The position numbers and the translations under genes were made by a program. Under the pieces are notes generated by a model that did not search any database, was not told where the DNA came from, and was given only the letters and a program-made list of their open reading frames with translations. Source: Emiliania huxleyi CCMP1516 (lineage: Eukaryota). From it: a stretch of 64,000 nt of DNA. Where the stretch lies: NCBI RefSeq assembly GCF_000372725.1, contig NW_005201287.1:961081-1025080 (forward strand), written 5' to 3'. This document shows positions 9,883 through 22,570 of the stretch, in pieces (within the stretch, counting starts at the first letter, position 1; each line of letters opens with the position of its first letter).

Positions 9883-11274
9883 ATGAAGATGCCGTGGAGC
9901 AAGGAGCCCGAGCCGCTGGAGGCGGTTCTGCCGGACGGTGCCGTAGATTCGAGCGCGCTGCTCACGTACACCGTGGCTGTGCTCGGCACCTGCGTCTTCC
10001 TCCGCAAGTGTCCGCACGGCGCGTCCGATTCCGTGGCGCTCCTGCTCTTCTTTGTGTTTTGGTACGTGGGCAACGCCTTCTACAACCAGTACAACACGCT
10101 CGCCATCGGAGCGACCGGCGGCAAGCACGGCGGCCTCACCATGACAGTCTCCACCATGCAGCTCGGCGTGTGCACGCTGTACGCGATGCTGCTGTGGCTC
10201 GCAAACAAGAACCCGATCAAGCTGTGCGGGCTGCAGCTGGCGGAGTCCATGCCCTTCCCAGCGGTGAACGGCAAGGACATCGTCAGCACTCTCCCCGTCG
10301 CCTTCTGCTCCGCCGCTGCCCACTCAGCAGGCGTCTTTTGCCTCGGCGCCGACCCGCTGTTTGGCCAGATCGTCAAGGCGAGAGGGGCGGAGAGCGCGAG
10401 CGCGACGGCGCCCTTCCTGACGGGGAGGACGGGCTTGGAATAGGCGGGTGAGCCGGTGCTGTCCGCGCTGGTCAACACGGTCTTCTACAAGAAGCGGCCC
10501 TCGATGCCCAAGATCTTGTGCCTCTTCTTCATCGTCGGCGGCGTCGCGTTTGCGTCACTCAAGAAGGGTTTGGACGGCGCGTACAAGCTCAAGTTCGACG
10601 AGACGGCGCTGCTATTTGGCATGATCGGCAACACCTTCGCCGCCTTCAAGGGCGCCGAGACCAAAAAGCTGATGACTGTGCCCGGCCTCAAGGACCGGAT
10701 GGGAGGAGTCGCCAACCAGTTTGCAGTCACCGAGTGCCTTGCGTTTGCCATCTCGCTCCCCGTCATGTTTGCGACGGAGGGCGCCAAGTGGGGCACCTTC
10801 ATGCACCTGCTCGCCACCAACCGCGACCTCCAGGTCGGCCTCTTCGTCTCGGGCCTCTCCTTCTACCTGTGAGTACTCCCCCTCTGCTCCGCCTACAGAT
10901 GTGCCCACACTCGTCCCTGGCCCCCGCCCTGCGCCCCCGCCACCCCGTCGCGCCCGATCACCGCCGTGCGCCGCAACGCAGGTACAACGAGCTCGCGACA
11001 ATGACCATCAAGGCGACGGGCGCCGTCACCTCCTCCGTCGCCAACACCGCCAAGCGCGTCATCGTGATGGTCTACATGGCTGCCGTCACCGGCAAGGTGC
11101 TCACCGAGGAGCAAAAGATCGGCGCCGCCGTCGCCATCGGGTTCGTGCTCGTCTACTCGGCGCGATGGCGCGGAGGACGCGGGCAGCTGTCCTGCCGCGA
11201 GTCTAACGCCCCCCACCTGCTCCCGGCAGGTGATCGACGACGTGCTCGCGTCGCTCAAGAAGAAGACCGCGTGA
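9883..11274 (+). CDS. Triose-phosphate/phosphate translocator (TPT/EamA) family transporter, 3 introns (10378-10443, 10869-10981, 11160-11229)
   Basis: Motifs FWYVGNAFYNQYN, QIVK|AGEPVLSA, GLSFYL|YNELA, AVTSSVANTAKRVIVM are typical of pPT translocators. Confidence 0.9.
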
Positions 11275-11761
11275 GAGCCAAAGGAGCCTCGGAGGTGGCT
11301 GGCAAGTGCATGGGCATGCCATGGCCCTGGCGCCAAGGCTCGTTCCCTTGGCGGCTGGAGAGGGGTACATGTAATGCTCCTTGGCGCAGCTGTTTTCTTC
11401 GACAGCCGCGGTGCCATATGCGCGGTGGAGATGCATAACGTCGTGTTCCCCGGATCCGCAGAGTTTGCTCCTTTGTGGTACAACCGCCTCGGTCGGAGAG
11501 ACAGTTTACGTGTGTTGTTGGTGTGTGTGTCACAGGGGTTGTACCAGTCTCTCAGGATCGCTGTCGGGAAAATACTCCACAGAGATGGGCGCCACGACGC
11601 TCAGCCAGAGACCCAGACGCAGACCTTTCACAGTCGTTTTTAAAACTAAAACACGGAGCCTGCAGGCAAGCTCTCACACACACACAGGGTATCTTAGCCA
11701 CTTGCCTGGGCTCGGTTGGTCCACGCGTTGACTGCTGCAGATAGAGTGGCACTTATTCTGT

Positions 11762-13089
11762 TCAACTCGACGAGGCTGGAGTACAGCTCCTAAGGCGCGA
11801 GGCGGGCGGGGCGGTGAGGTAGCAAACGGTGTGGCGGAGAAACTGAGCGGGTTGAATGGTAGATGCCTGGCTCTCTTTGAGCGTATAGACCTGGTTCGCC
11901 AGCTCAGCCCCCGCCTGCACAGGGTCCTGCGCGTCCCACCCACCGCGCCGGAGAGCAGCTGCCGCCTGTCGCAGGCTCGAGAGAGCCGACTGCCGACCTC
12001 CGTTCTCACTGGCCGCACTGGGAACTTCGCCATCGCCGCCGCCGCCGCCGTCGCCGCCTCTGCGTCCATCGCCCTCTCCAGGTTCCTCACTGCCGATGTC
12101 GCTGACCCACTCGCTAGCGCCGTTGCCAGAGGCGGAAACCCCGTTGAGCGCTCCCAGAGACCAGCACTTCTTCACCAGGTGGTTTTTGTACTGGACCACG
12201 TAACGCATGTGGAGGGGCGAATCGGCAGGCAGCATGTTGCCACGCACAATCTCCTGAGTGTCGTTGCCGACGAATTTGTCAATCGAGTTCCAGTTCAGGT
12301 GCAGCATTTTGTGCCACGTCACCACGCAGGGAGGGCTGTGCGGGAACTGTTCGGCAAGCATGCCACACCACATGGCACCTAAAAAACGAGATGGGCCTGA
12401 GTGCTGCCGAAGTGTGTACGAGTGGCTGGGCAGCGCGCCGGCACCCAGGTTCCATGCGCTCTTCTTGAGGAGGTACGGCTGTGACTCCAGCAAAAGTTTC
12501 GAGTGTGTCGCTTGCCAGGCTTTGCGCGTGAAGATGGGAGTCATCACCTCCATCTTGAGCACGCTCGACACGGCGCAGGACGCATCAAACTCGCCGTCGC
12601 GCAGGTAGCTGAGGTCCGTAGCCCGACAGCCAGGGTCGCACACCGTGTCCACGAGCCTTCGCCTGAACTGGCAGCCATGGCAGAGCGACGGCGGCCGCAC
12701 TGCCGCGATCTTGGGTTGCGCGGCGCACGCGCCAACAGCGGTCATCGCCCGAAGGAAGGCATCAATCTCAAACGCGGGAGGCCACCTGCCAACCAATATC
12801 TCACGTCACCAAAGGGCCGAAGTCGGCTCCTCCAGCTGCCCTCGGCGCACCAAAGGAGGTCGTCGTCAAGAAGCCAGACAAAGTCGAACGGGCGCGTGTA
12901 CTCCTTGGTCAGGACTCGCCTCCAAAAGTATGGCTTGTGCGACCGAATCCGAGTCAGCTTGGCGCACGGAGGCATCGTGTGCAAGGTGCTCGGAGCAATC
13001 ACGCCGCCATCCCAGCCTAGGAAGTTCAACGGACTGCACTTAGACAACCAAAAACGGAGCCCACCCCCTACAAAAGATCGCACGGCCAC
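11762..13089 (-). CDS. DUF707-like (GT-A-like, DxD) protein, spliced; ends uncertain
   Basis: KPYFWRRVL...FDFVWLLDDDL, FLRAM...AQPKI and MEVMTPIFTRKAW...AWNLG resemble the DUF707 motifs YDYIFLWDEDL, SQP and EMMAPVFSR.AW...GWGLD. Confidence 0.6.
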
Positions 13090-13315
13090 GGGGGCGGGGA
13101 CCTGTTCCTTTTTAAAGCCGTACCCATCTCCTAGTAGAGGTGTGCGTTTTATTTATTTATTTGGCTTGTATGGTTGTATTTCCAAGAATATTTTCTTTTC
13201 CCCCCCAAAATCGGTTCAAATTAGTAATTACAGTGCGCACTCTGTTTTCAAAATGAGAGAGCTCTACACATGTACAACAGGAGCTACCCTCAGACATACC
13301 CTACATCCTAAAAGA

Positions 13316-14062
13316 TCATCCCAAGAGTGGCGTTCTCTCCAGCTCCTCATCGCCTGCATATCCGGCTCTCAGGTAATCGCGCCTTCCAGTCGCCACTTCC
13401 TCCAGCATCTCCGCGTCATCGGACGAGCCCGCGAGACGCGCACACAACAGGTTGGCGCAAATCGCGCCGAGAGCCGAGAGAGCTCTACTCTCACGCCTGC
13501 GGCGGTCGAGGAGCTGCTTGTGGGCGAGCGTCGCTGGCGTAAAGTCGAACGCAGGCCCGAGCTGAGCCACTGCCAGGGCGATCGGAGCGTAGCCGTGGGC
13601 CAGCCTCGCCCCTGCCGCTGGCCATCGGTCGATGGCGAGGCGGAGGAGGTGCCAGGCGATGGCGGCAATGGCGCAGCCAATGAGAAGGTCGAGCGTGACG
13701 GAGCCAAGCCCGCCGCCAAACACCGCGACGCCGACGCTGTAGCCAAGAATCGTGGGGAGCTGCCACTTCTCAAGGATCCGCTGCAAGGCGAGCCCCGACA
13801 CGAGCTCTGCTTGCGTGAGAGGCGAGGCCGCCTCGACCAAAAGCCACTCTCGACAGCTCGGGCACTGCGACATGGGAAACTCTCCGCAATCCTTCGCTGC
13901 TCGCTCCCCGAGCGCGCTGAGCTCTCGCCGCTGCACCTCGAGGCTCGCGAAGCATACGCGGCAGAATTTGATTGAGGAGGAAGGAGGCGGACGGCAGCAC
14001 GGCAGGCGCGCCAATTCAGAGAGCGGCAGTCCGTCCTCGTAGCAGATCGCGCAGCAGAACAT
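13316..14062 (-). CDS. RING-like zinc-finger protein with hydrophobic (TM) segments
   Basis: MFCCAICYED...LPCC...FCRVCF...CPSCR followed by hydrophobic helices. Confidence 0.65.
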   Translation of the reverse strand: MFCCAICYEDGLPLSELARLPCCRPPPSSSIKFCRVCFASLEVQRRELSALGERAAKDCGEFPMSQCPSCREWLLVEAASPLTQAELVSGLALQRILEKWQLPTILGYSVGVAVFGGGLGSVTLDLLIGCAIAAIAWHLLRLAIDRWPAAGARLAHGYAPIALAVAQLGPAFDFTPATLAHKQLLDRRRRESRALSALGAICANLLCARLAGSSDDAEMLEEVATGRRDYLRAGYAGDEELERTPLLG

Positions 14063-14679
14063 ATATATATGCGAGAGGGCACCCCCGAGGATTTGTTTTC
14101 TTTTTCGAAAACAAAATAACGCACGGGCCCTCAGCGGAGCTGGGAAGAGGACCGCCGCAAGCGGCGTGGCGTGGGTCGGTTGTGCATCCCTCCGGGGGCC
14201 CCTCTGCGCCGGGGAGGCGTTGTTGGAGGCTAGGACGCAAGCGTCCGTCGCCCTTTTCAAACTCGGGGCCCACTCCGCTACGCTCCGACCCGAATTTGGA
14301 GGGCCTGAAAAGTTTAAGGTGTTGCTGCGCAAAAGGGGGAACCGCGGCAGAGTAACTGCATCTGCGCGGGTAGAGCCCTTTTGCGCGGTATTAACGCACA
14401 CACCGCGACTGCCCCGCAAGGCGCGCGATACACACAGCTAGAAGTCAGTCAGTCACCGTCCTCAGGCGGGGGTCACAGAACACCGAGTCCATAAAGCTAA
14501 GCTCCTCCTCGCCTTCAGGCTCAGCAAGCTGCATCGACACCGGCCCATCAGCGGTTAGAGGGGGGAGATCTAGAGGATCATCTGAGCTGGAGCTAGCGGC
14601 GGCGGCCGAGCTAGCGGCGGCGGCCGGGGTGCGAACCGGCGGCATCACTGATTCAGGCTTGAACCCGGGCTGCTGGTAG

Positions 14680-17222
14680 CTAGGGCAGAGTGATGCCGTT
14701 GGCAGCGGCGCGCTCCTCAGCCCAAGACAGGAGCTCTTCAAAGCGGTTGACTCGGGGCAGTAGGGCAGCTATGGGCACATGATCTCTAACCCCCAAAAGC
14801 CCCAAAAGGGCAGTGCCCTCGTCTGGGCGCCTGAAGATGGAAAAGGAGCCAGTCGGGTTGCTAGCGTGCACATCTGGTAGCTGTGTGTAGCCGGCGACAA
14901 CACGCGGCGGTGGCGGCAGCGGCGGTGGCGTTGGCAGCGGCGATGGTGGAGGCACAGGACCGCACTCACTGTCCCACCGCCATCCGGTCGGAAGCTGGTA
15001 GTCGCCCCGCATCTCGACTACCCGCAGTGCAGCATCCAAAGGCGTCTGAAAAAAGTCGAGGTTCTCTCTGAGATGATAAATGTCTTCTGCAGCATGATGG
15101 TCCATCACAAAGTAGTCGCCATATTCCCACTTGCCTAGGAATGTCTGCGCCGGCTCGAGGTCCCAGTTAAACTTCCGGTGTTGAAACCCTTCGTAGCCAA
15201 CTACGCGGTTGGTGCTGTGGCAGTAGCGGACATGAAGACGTACCGGACCGACCAGCCCAGCGAGCCAGTCGTGCGACGCTTTCAGTTCTGCAAGCCTGCG
15301 ATCCTCCTCACACGGATCCTTAGGCTCACACGAGCCATCGCAACTCGCGCGGAAGTAGCAGTGGCAGAAGCGCGGTCGTTGCGCGGTGGCTCGGCGCTTG
15401 ACAAGCGCACGCTCAATAGCATCGGCATCTGCCTCGACCCAAATTCCGGGTTTGGGCAGATTTGGCTCGAGAGCGTGGGCAGCATCGCGCGCAACCCTCT
15501 CTGCTGTGGGACGATACGGTGCAGGTAGGTTAGTGTCTGTCTCGGGCCACGCAGGCGGCGGCTCACCCCACTTGTGTCGCCAGAGAGAGCCGTGCCCGCC
15601 ACGCGCCAGCGAGTGGTCACCCACTTCGCCCGGATCAAACATGCCATCCTGGCGTCGGCAGAGGTGATCAGTAAATTCGCCACCCACAATCGGATCGTAG
15701 CTAAAGTCGCATGGCGAGAGCGAGTGACCAAGCAAGTTGCGGCTGAACGTGCTCGACTCAATGATGTAGTGCAATGGCTGCGGGCCATAGGCTATCCCGT
15801 ACTTGGCTGCAATCTCGCTGATGTCCATATTGCGACGTTCAGGATACAACGTCGACGTCTGCATGCTCTCCAGCATCTTTGCTGCACCATCGTAATTGCT
15901 GAAGTGGATCACACCGCGGAAGTGCAGCAGTCGTTGGTGGAGTGGCGGTTTGTGCTGGTCCGCAAACTTGGGAGTAGGGGGCGTGCCAGCGAGGATGAGG
16001 CATCGCATGGCCAGCGAGTCGCCACGGTTGAGCACCATGCGAGCCAGCAGCAGCTTCACACGCAGTAGAGTACGCTGTGCAACGCACCAGCCGCGGCGGG
16101 GAATCCAATAATCCGATAGTCCGCCTGAGCTCCACCAGGCCGGCCATTGTGTCCGCTCAGCTCTGCCTCGTACGCAGTCCACCAGTTGCGTGCGGCCCTT
16201 GGAATGACACAGTGCTCTTGGCACGGCTCCTCCATCCCGGCACCGCATAGCTCACACGGGTCTTCGTCAAACTCCTCTCGCGCCCGCGCGTTTTTGCACG
16301 GGTAGCAGTTGACGCCGCCGCCCCTCAAGCGCCACATCTCAGGCGCAAACTCGACGTCCAGGTACTCGGTGGTACCATCGACAATGCAACGCAGTGCATG
16401 TATAAAGCGCACCAGCTCAGTTTTGTACTCAACCCACTGGAATGCATCAGTGTACCACGTCTGCTTCCATTCGCACGGCCGCATTGATTGATAGCACACG
16501 CGTTTGACCGGCGGCTGCGCTGACCACTTGTGGTTGTCGTGGTCGGCGTTGCGTGGGTCTAGGAGAGGCAGCTGTAGCCGTTCTGCCTGTGCCTCGGCAC
16601 TCTCATTGAATCGTGGCTGTGTCGTCAGCGCGGGCATAGCATCGGCCAGTGATCTCCAGAATCTTGGCGGTTTGTCGGTGAGCCCGGCGCACGTAAAACT
16701 TTCTCGTGGCACCCATGGCATCGGGGGCGGCTGCGGTGTGGGATGCAGCGCGGCTGGGTCGGGTAGAGGAACCGTATCATCCGGCTGCTGCTGATCCGGC
16801 GGTTGAAGCGGGGGAAGTGGTGGGAGAAGCGGCTCGGCCTGTGCGGTGAGGTCAGTGCGCCTGCCCCGTTGCGTCCAGTCACGGACCCATGCGCCCTGCA
16901 TCATGGCAACTGCTCGCCACTGAGCGTCGTCGAACTCGATCGCCTGCCACGGCCCCGGCAAGATGCATTCACCCCACTCACCAGCTTGGCCCACCTGGTA
17001 CGGATAGCGCTTCTTCTGGAGCACGATGATCGCCTCAAGGGCGCCGCTCCTGCACCACAGCGCGCAACGGGACAGCAGCTGCTTGTTCTCTCCGCACTCC
17101 TTCAGCCGCAGCAGCTCCGCCTCGGTCGCAGGCGTGAGCGTAAGCCGGTCTGTCTTATGCCGGTCCGGCATATGGTGACCCCAGAGATGGCGCGAAGTCG
17201 CGATGCGCTTTTCCCCGATCAT
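14680..17222 (-). pseudogene. Long intron-less, lower-GC hypothetical ORF broken by one frameshift near 16160 (388 aa + 522 aa overlapping frames)
   Basis: The frames join smoothly at WWTAYEAEL/ERTQWPAWW. The product is Trp/Cys-rich, codon use differs from neighbours, and no domain is recognisable. Confidence 0.45.
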
Positions 17223-17519
17223 TTCGTCCGTCCAATCGAAGGAAGCGCTGGATCGCCCATGTTATGGCGTTTACCAAACTTGCCCCGACGTTGTCGTATT
17301 TGGGAGCCACGGTCCTGCTTTTGTTTTCACGGGTTACGAAGCTGAGTACCGCGTCTGCGACGCGGGCGCCTTGCGGGCAGAGCCCTTAGCCACCCTTTAT
17401 CTTGCGCGGTCAAAACTGAACCTCTCCACAGAAAAGAAGAAATTTTGCTTTTCCTTGCCGCCATCTCGCTCCGTGCTTCCTGCAGTCGCCACGCGTCGCC
17501 ACGAAGGCGACTGCGGTGA

Positions 17520-18815
17520 ATGGAAGACCCTGCGCCCTCGCCGACCCCACTTCTCGCACGCCGGCGCCGCACCTACGTCGGACGCGACAGAGCCCTCATC
17601 ACTGCGGGCTACGTCGGCTCCTTCTTTGCGATCGGCGTCTGCTTGGCCTCGCTCGGGCCGCTCTTGCCAGAGCTGGCCTCAAAGACGGGTCGAACCCTGC
17701 CGGAGCTCTCCTTCCTCTTCGTGGCCCGCTCGGTCGGCTATGTGCTCGGGTCGCTGCTCGGCGGCGTGATCTTCGATCGGGTTGACGTCACACACGCCCC
17801 TCTCGTCGTCGGCAACCTGCTCTGCGCCCTCGGCTGCGCCACGCTGCCGTCGCTCTCCGCGCTGCCGAGCCTCGCCGCCGCCATCTCTACGCAGGGTGCC
17901 TGCATGGGCCTGCTCGACACGGGCGGCAACGTGCTCCTCATCTGGCTGCAGGGCCCCACCCGCGTCGAGCCGTACATGCAGGCGATGCACGCCGCCTTCG
18001 CCGTCGGCGCCGTCGCCTCGCCGCTCTTCATCGAGTGGGCCCTGACGGAGCTGCGCTCGTTTGCTCCCGCCTTCTACTCGATCGCCGCCTTCCTCGCGCT
18101 CTGCAGCCTGCCGCTCGCAACTTACCGCGGGCCTCTCGCCCCGGCGGAGGACGCGGCCGCACGAGGCGGCGGCGGCGGCGACGGCGTGAAGGACCGCGGC
18201 GAGAGGGAGGCGGCCGGGCGGCGCTGTGCGGTCCGCGCGCTCGTGTGCGGAAGCGCGCTCTGCCTCCTCTTCGCGGTCGGCGCCGAGGTGACGTTCGGCG
18301 GGTTTGCGACCACTTTCGGCATCGAGGCTCTCGCGATGAGCGACGGCTCCGCGCGCGGGTTCGCCTCGGTCTTCTGGGGCGGTCTCGCGGCGGGGCGGAT
18401 CGCGGCGGTGCCCGCAGCGGCGCGCCTCAGTCCCGCCACGATTCTCGGCGCGTCGATGGCAGGCAGCCTGGTCTTCTCCGCAACGGCCTGCCTGCCCGCC
18501 GCGCCGCCGGCGGTGCCGTGGGTCGCCGCCGCCGGCTTCGGCTTCTCGCTCGCCTCGATCTTTCCGACTGTGCTCACGCACGCCGAGCGCGCCACCCGCT
18601 TGTCCGGCCGCGTCGCCTCCCTCTTCGTCGTGTCGGCCGCCGTCGGCGAGCTGCTCATGCCGCTCTGCGTCGCGCTGCTCTTTGTGCGCACTCCGGCGGC
18701 CTTCCCTCGCTCCGTCCTCGCCGCGTGCGTCGCGCAGACCGTGGCTTTTGGCGTGGCCCACCGCGCGGCTCGCCGCTTGTCGAGAGGGGTACTTAGAGGG
18801 ATGGCCGCTAGGTAG
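17520..18815 (+). CDS. MFS transporter (MFSD4/fucose permease-like), 12 TM
   Basis: Motifs LGPLLPELA, GYVLGSLLGGVIFDR, GLLDTGGNVLLIWL, MQAMHAAFAVGAVASP, VGAEVTFGGF, SIFPT. Confidence 0.9.
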   Translation: MEDPAPSPTPLLARRRRTYVGRDRALITAGYVGSFFAIGVCLASLGPLLPELASKTGRTLPELSFLFVARSVGYVLGSLLGGVIFDRVDVTHAPLVVGNLLCALGCATLPSLSALPSLAAAISTQGACMGLLDTGGNVLLIWLQGPTRVEPYMQAMHAAFAVGAVASPLFIEWALTELRSFAPAFYSIAAFLALCSLPLATYRGPLAPAEDAAARGGGGGDGVKDRGEREAAGRRCAVRALVCGSALCLLFAVGAEVTFGGFATTFGIEALAMSDGSARGFASVFWGGLAAGRIAAVPAAARLSPATILGASMAGSLVFSATACLPAAPPAVPWVAAAGFGFSLASIFPTVLTHAERATRLSGRVASLFVVSAAVGELLMPLCVALLFVRTPAAFPRSVLAACVAQTVAFGVAHRAARRLSRGVLRGMAAR

Positions 18816-19060
18816 TGGACAGGGGTATGACAGTGCTAGGCGAAATCGCAAAAGTTGCTCTCCTTATTTGTTGAACTTGTTAGTATCTTGTACACCGGAC
18901 ACACACACAGTTTTCAGTTTCCACACGCGGAAACACACACGACCCGACGACCGGGTGCGACACACTCCACACTACACACACACGCGACTCCCCCGCGAGC
19001 CGCGTCACGAGCCAGACACTCGAGAACGAGATTGTATGTACAGCATAACTCAACCTGGGC

Positions 19061-21068
19061 TCACAAGGTCACGAGGCGAACACATCGCGCTTCTGCAGAG
19101 CCCACCTCCTCGGGCTGTTCGTAGCCATCGGCGCTCGCCAACACTACAGGAGAGCTCGCCGCTCTGACGGGCAGGGCAGGGCCTGCGTCGCTCAGAAACG
19201 ACTCTGGCGCATCATGCCAGTCATCCGCTGCCGCCCTCCCTGGCTCGTCGGGAGGCAAGGCCCGGCCTGAGCACGCATATATCTTTGGGTTGAGTGGCGG
19301 CGGCATCCCGGCGACGATGGACTCGTGGTCGTCCTCCTCGTCCTCATCCTCCTGCGGTTGCTTGATTGGCTGCTGCTCTTCGTGGCCAGCGGCTGCGCCT
19401 TCAAAGGCCTTCGCGTGTCGCTGCGGACAACGTGCGAGGACTCGGCGGAGAGCGAACAAAAAACAGCAGCCGAGCACGAGGGTGAGCGCTAACTGAAAGG
19501 AGAAGGACGACAATGGCCATGGAGTTGTGGAAACTCGTTGACAGCGGCCCGACTCATGAAGCCGTTGTAAGCCGGCTGCGAAATCCGCACGCAAGAGTAC
19601 CGTTCCAGCAGGCGCTTCTCTGGAAGCAAGGAGGACAGCAAGCCGCCTCGCGAGCTCAAGTGCTGCCGCCTCGGGCTGCGTCCAGAGGCCCCCGTGCGCT
19701 GAATCGCCCGGCACGGCGAGCATTGCGTGCGACGCCGGCAGGAGATCAAGTACGACCATGGTCCGTCGCGAGAGACCGCCATCCTCCTTCTCTTCATCCG
19801 CTGTGCCGGTTGCTGGCGGGCGCAGCTCGACGCATCGTACCCGTCCCTCCGCCACGCCCAGTGCCGCCGACACATCACGCCCGACGCGGGCCGCAGCCAG
19901 CTCGATGGGTGAGTTGGCTGCAAAGAGGGAGAATTGGGTCCGCACCGCTCCATGGGCCGGAGGGTGCAGCTTCAGCGTCGGGAGTGGCTCCGAAGCGGCG
20001 GAAGGCTCGGGCCAGCCTTTGATGTTGCTGGGCAGCACGCGGAAGCTACAGCCCTCGGGACAGCGCAGCTCAACCACGAGGCGGCTCTCGTTTGTGCGGC
20101 TGACCAGTGCATCCCATCGCGTCGTCGATGTCCGCCGATACTGCACCGACCATAGCACACCGTGCGAGGCGCAGCCACGGAGCACCCCGCCCCACTCGAT
20201 GAGGTAGGAGGCGCTACTCTGCGCCTGCACGACTGGTGCTGCGCGCATTTCGTCGGCGTAGCCGCCCGCTACGAGGGACGCCGACTGGGGCCCGGGCGCG
20301 CTCTCGCCTCGCGAGTTTGTCGCGCGCAATCGAAAGACAAACGCCGATCGAGTAGTCACCCCGCTCGTCCCCGCCTCAACGATGACCTCCTCGCTCCCCT
20401 CGAGGGAGCGCCGGGCCACCGACCAATGTGGCGTTGGCCCCGCAGGGGAGACTTCAAGGTCAAGGCTGGCGTCAGCTGAGCAGCCCACGCGCAACGCGGG
20501 CAGGCGGAGCCGGATGGAGTCGCAGGTCGACTGGGCGCGCGGAAGCGGCGCCTCAGGAGGGTCGGGCGCCGACTCGACACGCCCCGTGGTCTCGTCCTCC
20601 CACTCGCTCCACTGCCCGCGGACGCCCGCGGCGCTGACGGCAGCGATTGCAAAGCGATAGGTGGTGGCGGCTCGGAGCCCGGTGGCAATGAACTCTGTGC
20701 TGTCGGCGGGCACGTCGAGGAGCGCCTCCTCGTGGGGCGACGGGCCGTCGAGCATGGTGGCGCGAAGCAGCAATCGCTCGACAGGCTGACCGCCCCTCTG
20801 GGCAGGCAGCACCCAACGAACGGTGATGGCATCGCAGGAGGTTGTGCGGAGCCGCAGCCGCTTTGGCGGGCTCAATAATGCGGGAGCAAGCGGCGGGCGT
20901 GGCGGCGGCGGAGGTGGTGGGGGCGCGGCCGGCCTCGGAGGCGGCCGCGGGCCGGGCGGCGGCGGCGGTGGTTCTGGCGGAGGGGGACTCGGGGGCGGCG
21001 GCGGCGGTGGGTGCGGCGGGGCTGGGCTTGGCGGCGGCGGAGGCGGCGGCGGCGGAGGAGGAGGGTGC

Positions 21069-21099
<31 letters not shown>

Positions 21100-22570
21100 C
21101 GGGACTCGGCGGTGGCATCGGTGGCGGAGGAGGCGATGGGGGAATGTTGGCTTCGCATGTGATGAAGAGTGGGTAGCGCGGGCTGCCCGTAAAGGCCATC
21201 CGAACTCCGACGGCACCGTCGCCAAGGCGGAGCTGCCACGCGTGTGGGCCTGTCCTGAGCAGCTCGGCGCCCCAGACCGCCTTTGGGGCGGGCATTGGCG
21301 GATCCGCGGCGAAGGTTGGGCTGAGCACGGCGCCAGGCTGGCTGCGGGACAACTCGATGCGCGCGGTGAAGCCCACCGCCGTCTCAGCGGCCACCACATA
21401 TGAGGCACCGAGGACGCAGGCGGGCGGGTTGGGTGGCGGAGGTCGAGGCGGCGGCGATGGAGGGCGGGGCGGCGAGGGCGAGGGCGGCGGCGAGGGCGAC
21501 TCAAAGAGGTCGTGAGTGCACGAAATGAGCCGCGGGGTCCGGGTTCCGGGCCCATCACCGACGAACTCGAATGCGTCGCCGCTTGTTCCGAGCAGCGTAA
21601 ATGTGGCGAGGAACTCACCCGACGACTCGGCAGCGCCGAGAAAGGTGGCGCGCGGGTCCGAGGATGAGAGTGCCACCGGAGCCTCGAAATGTAGATTTAT
21701 CATCGCGCCCTCTGACCAGTGCTCTAGCGCCACGCGGGCTGCAAAGCCAGCCCCGGCGCCTTCGCGCGCCCGGTACGCCACACCCAAGTCACACGGCCGG
21801 GGCCTCGGTGGTGGCGGCGGCCGTGGCGGCGGCGGCGGTGGCGGCGGTGGCGGCGGTGGCGGTGGCTTGGGGCTCGATGGCTCCGGGGAGGGCACTCCCA
21901 GTGGAGGTGGCGGAGGGGCCGGCTTGGGAGTGCAGAAGCCACAGGCACGGCAGTGGCACCAGGTGCAAGCCCAGTCGGCGGCATCCTCCCGACACCAGGT
22001 GGCGCACGTCATGACCTCCGAATCCCCCTCTGCCACGCCGTGCGCCGACTGGCAAACCAGTAAGCGTGGCGGCGGTGGCGGCGGCAGCGGCTCCCCGGCG
22101 TCCCATCCATGCGAAATGTCGTCGCCTTCCGCCGCAGCTGACACGGGTCGCCCGGTGGTCCGCTGCTCGACGTGGATCGGCTGCGACGGCCAGGGTGGCC
22201 AAGGCGATGGCGACGGCGGCGGTGGTGGAGGGGGTAGCGGCGGTGGCATTGGAGATGGCGGCATTGGAGGAGCGGGTCTCGGCGGAGGTGGAGACGGGTC
22301 CGGGGCCCAGGGTGGCGGTGGCGATGGATCTGGCGCCCATGGTGGATCCGGCGCAGGTCCGCCCTGGTCGACCGCCTCGTGGGCCATCACAGAGGATCGG
22401 CAGAAGTCGCATGAGCTGCAGTGGCACCACGTGCAATGGTGGACCTGCCGCTGCGAGTCGCACCATTGCTCGCACGTGGGAACAGCGGCATCGCCGTGCT
22501 CCGTTCGGCCTCGGTCGCACCGCTGGCCGGTCGGCGGCGCGGCGAACAGCATGCAGACGATCGCCAGCAT
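19061..22570 (-). CDS. Type-I membrane/surface glycoprotein: signal peptide, 2 Cys-rich modules, poly-Pro linkers, 2 CBM2-like modules, FN3 repeats, C-terminal TM
   Basis: Signal MLAIVCMLFAA; TCxxWC...CTWCHCxxCxFC twice; CxLGxxY...GFxARxxL twice; FN3 signature ATGLRAATTYRFAIAAVSAAG; TM LALTLVLGCCFLFALRR. Confidence 0.8.

Noticed and set aside
12503..13975. 490-aa plus-strand ORF
   Set aside because: Antisense shadow of the DUF707-like and RING genes, with no motifs.
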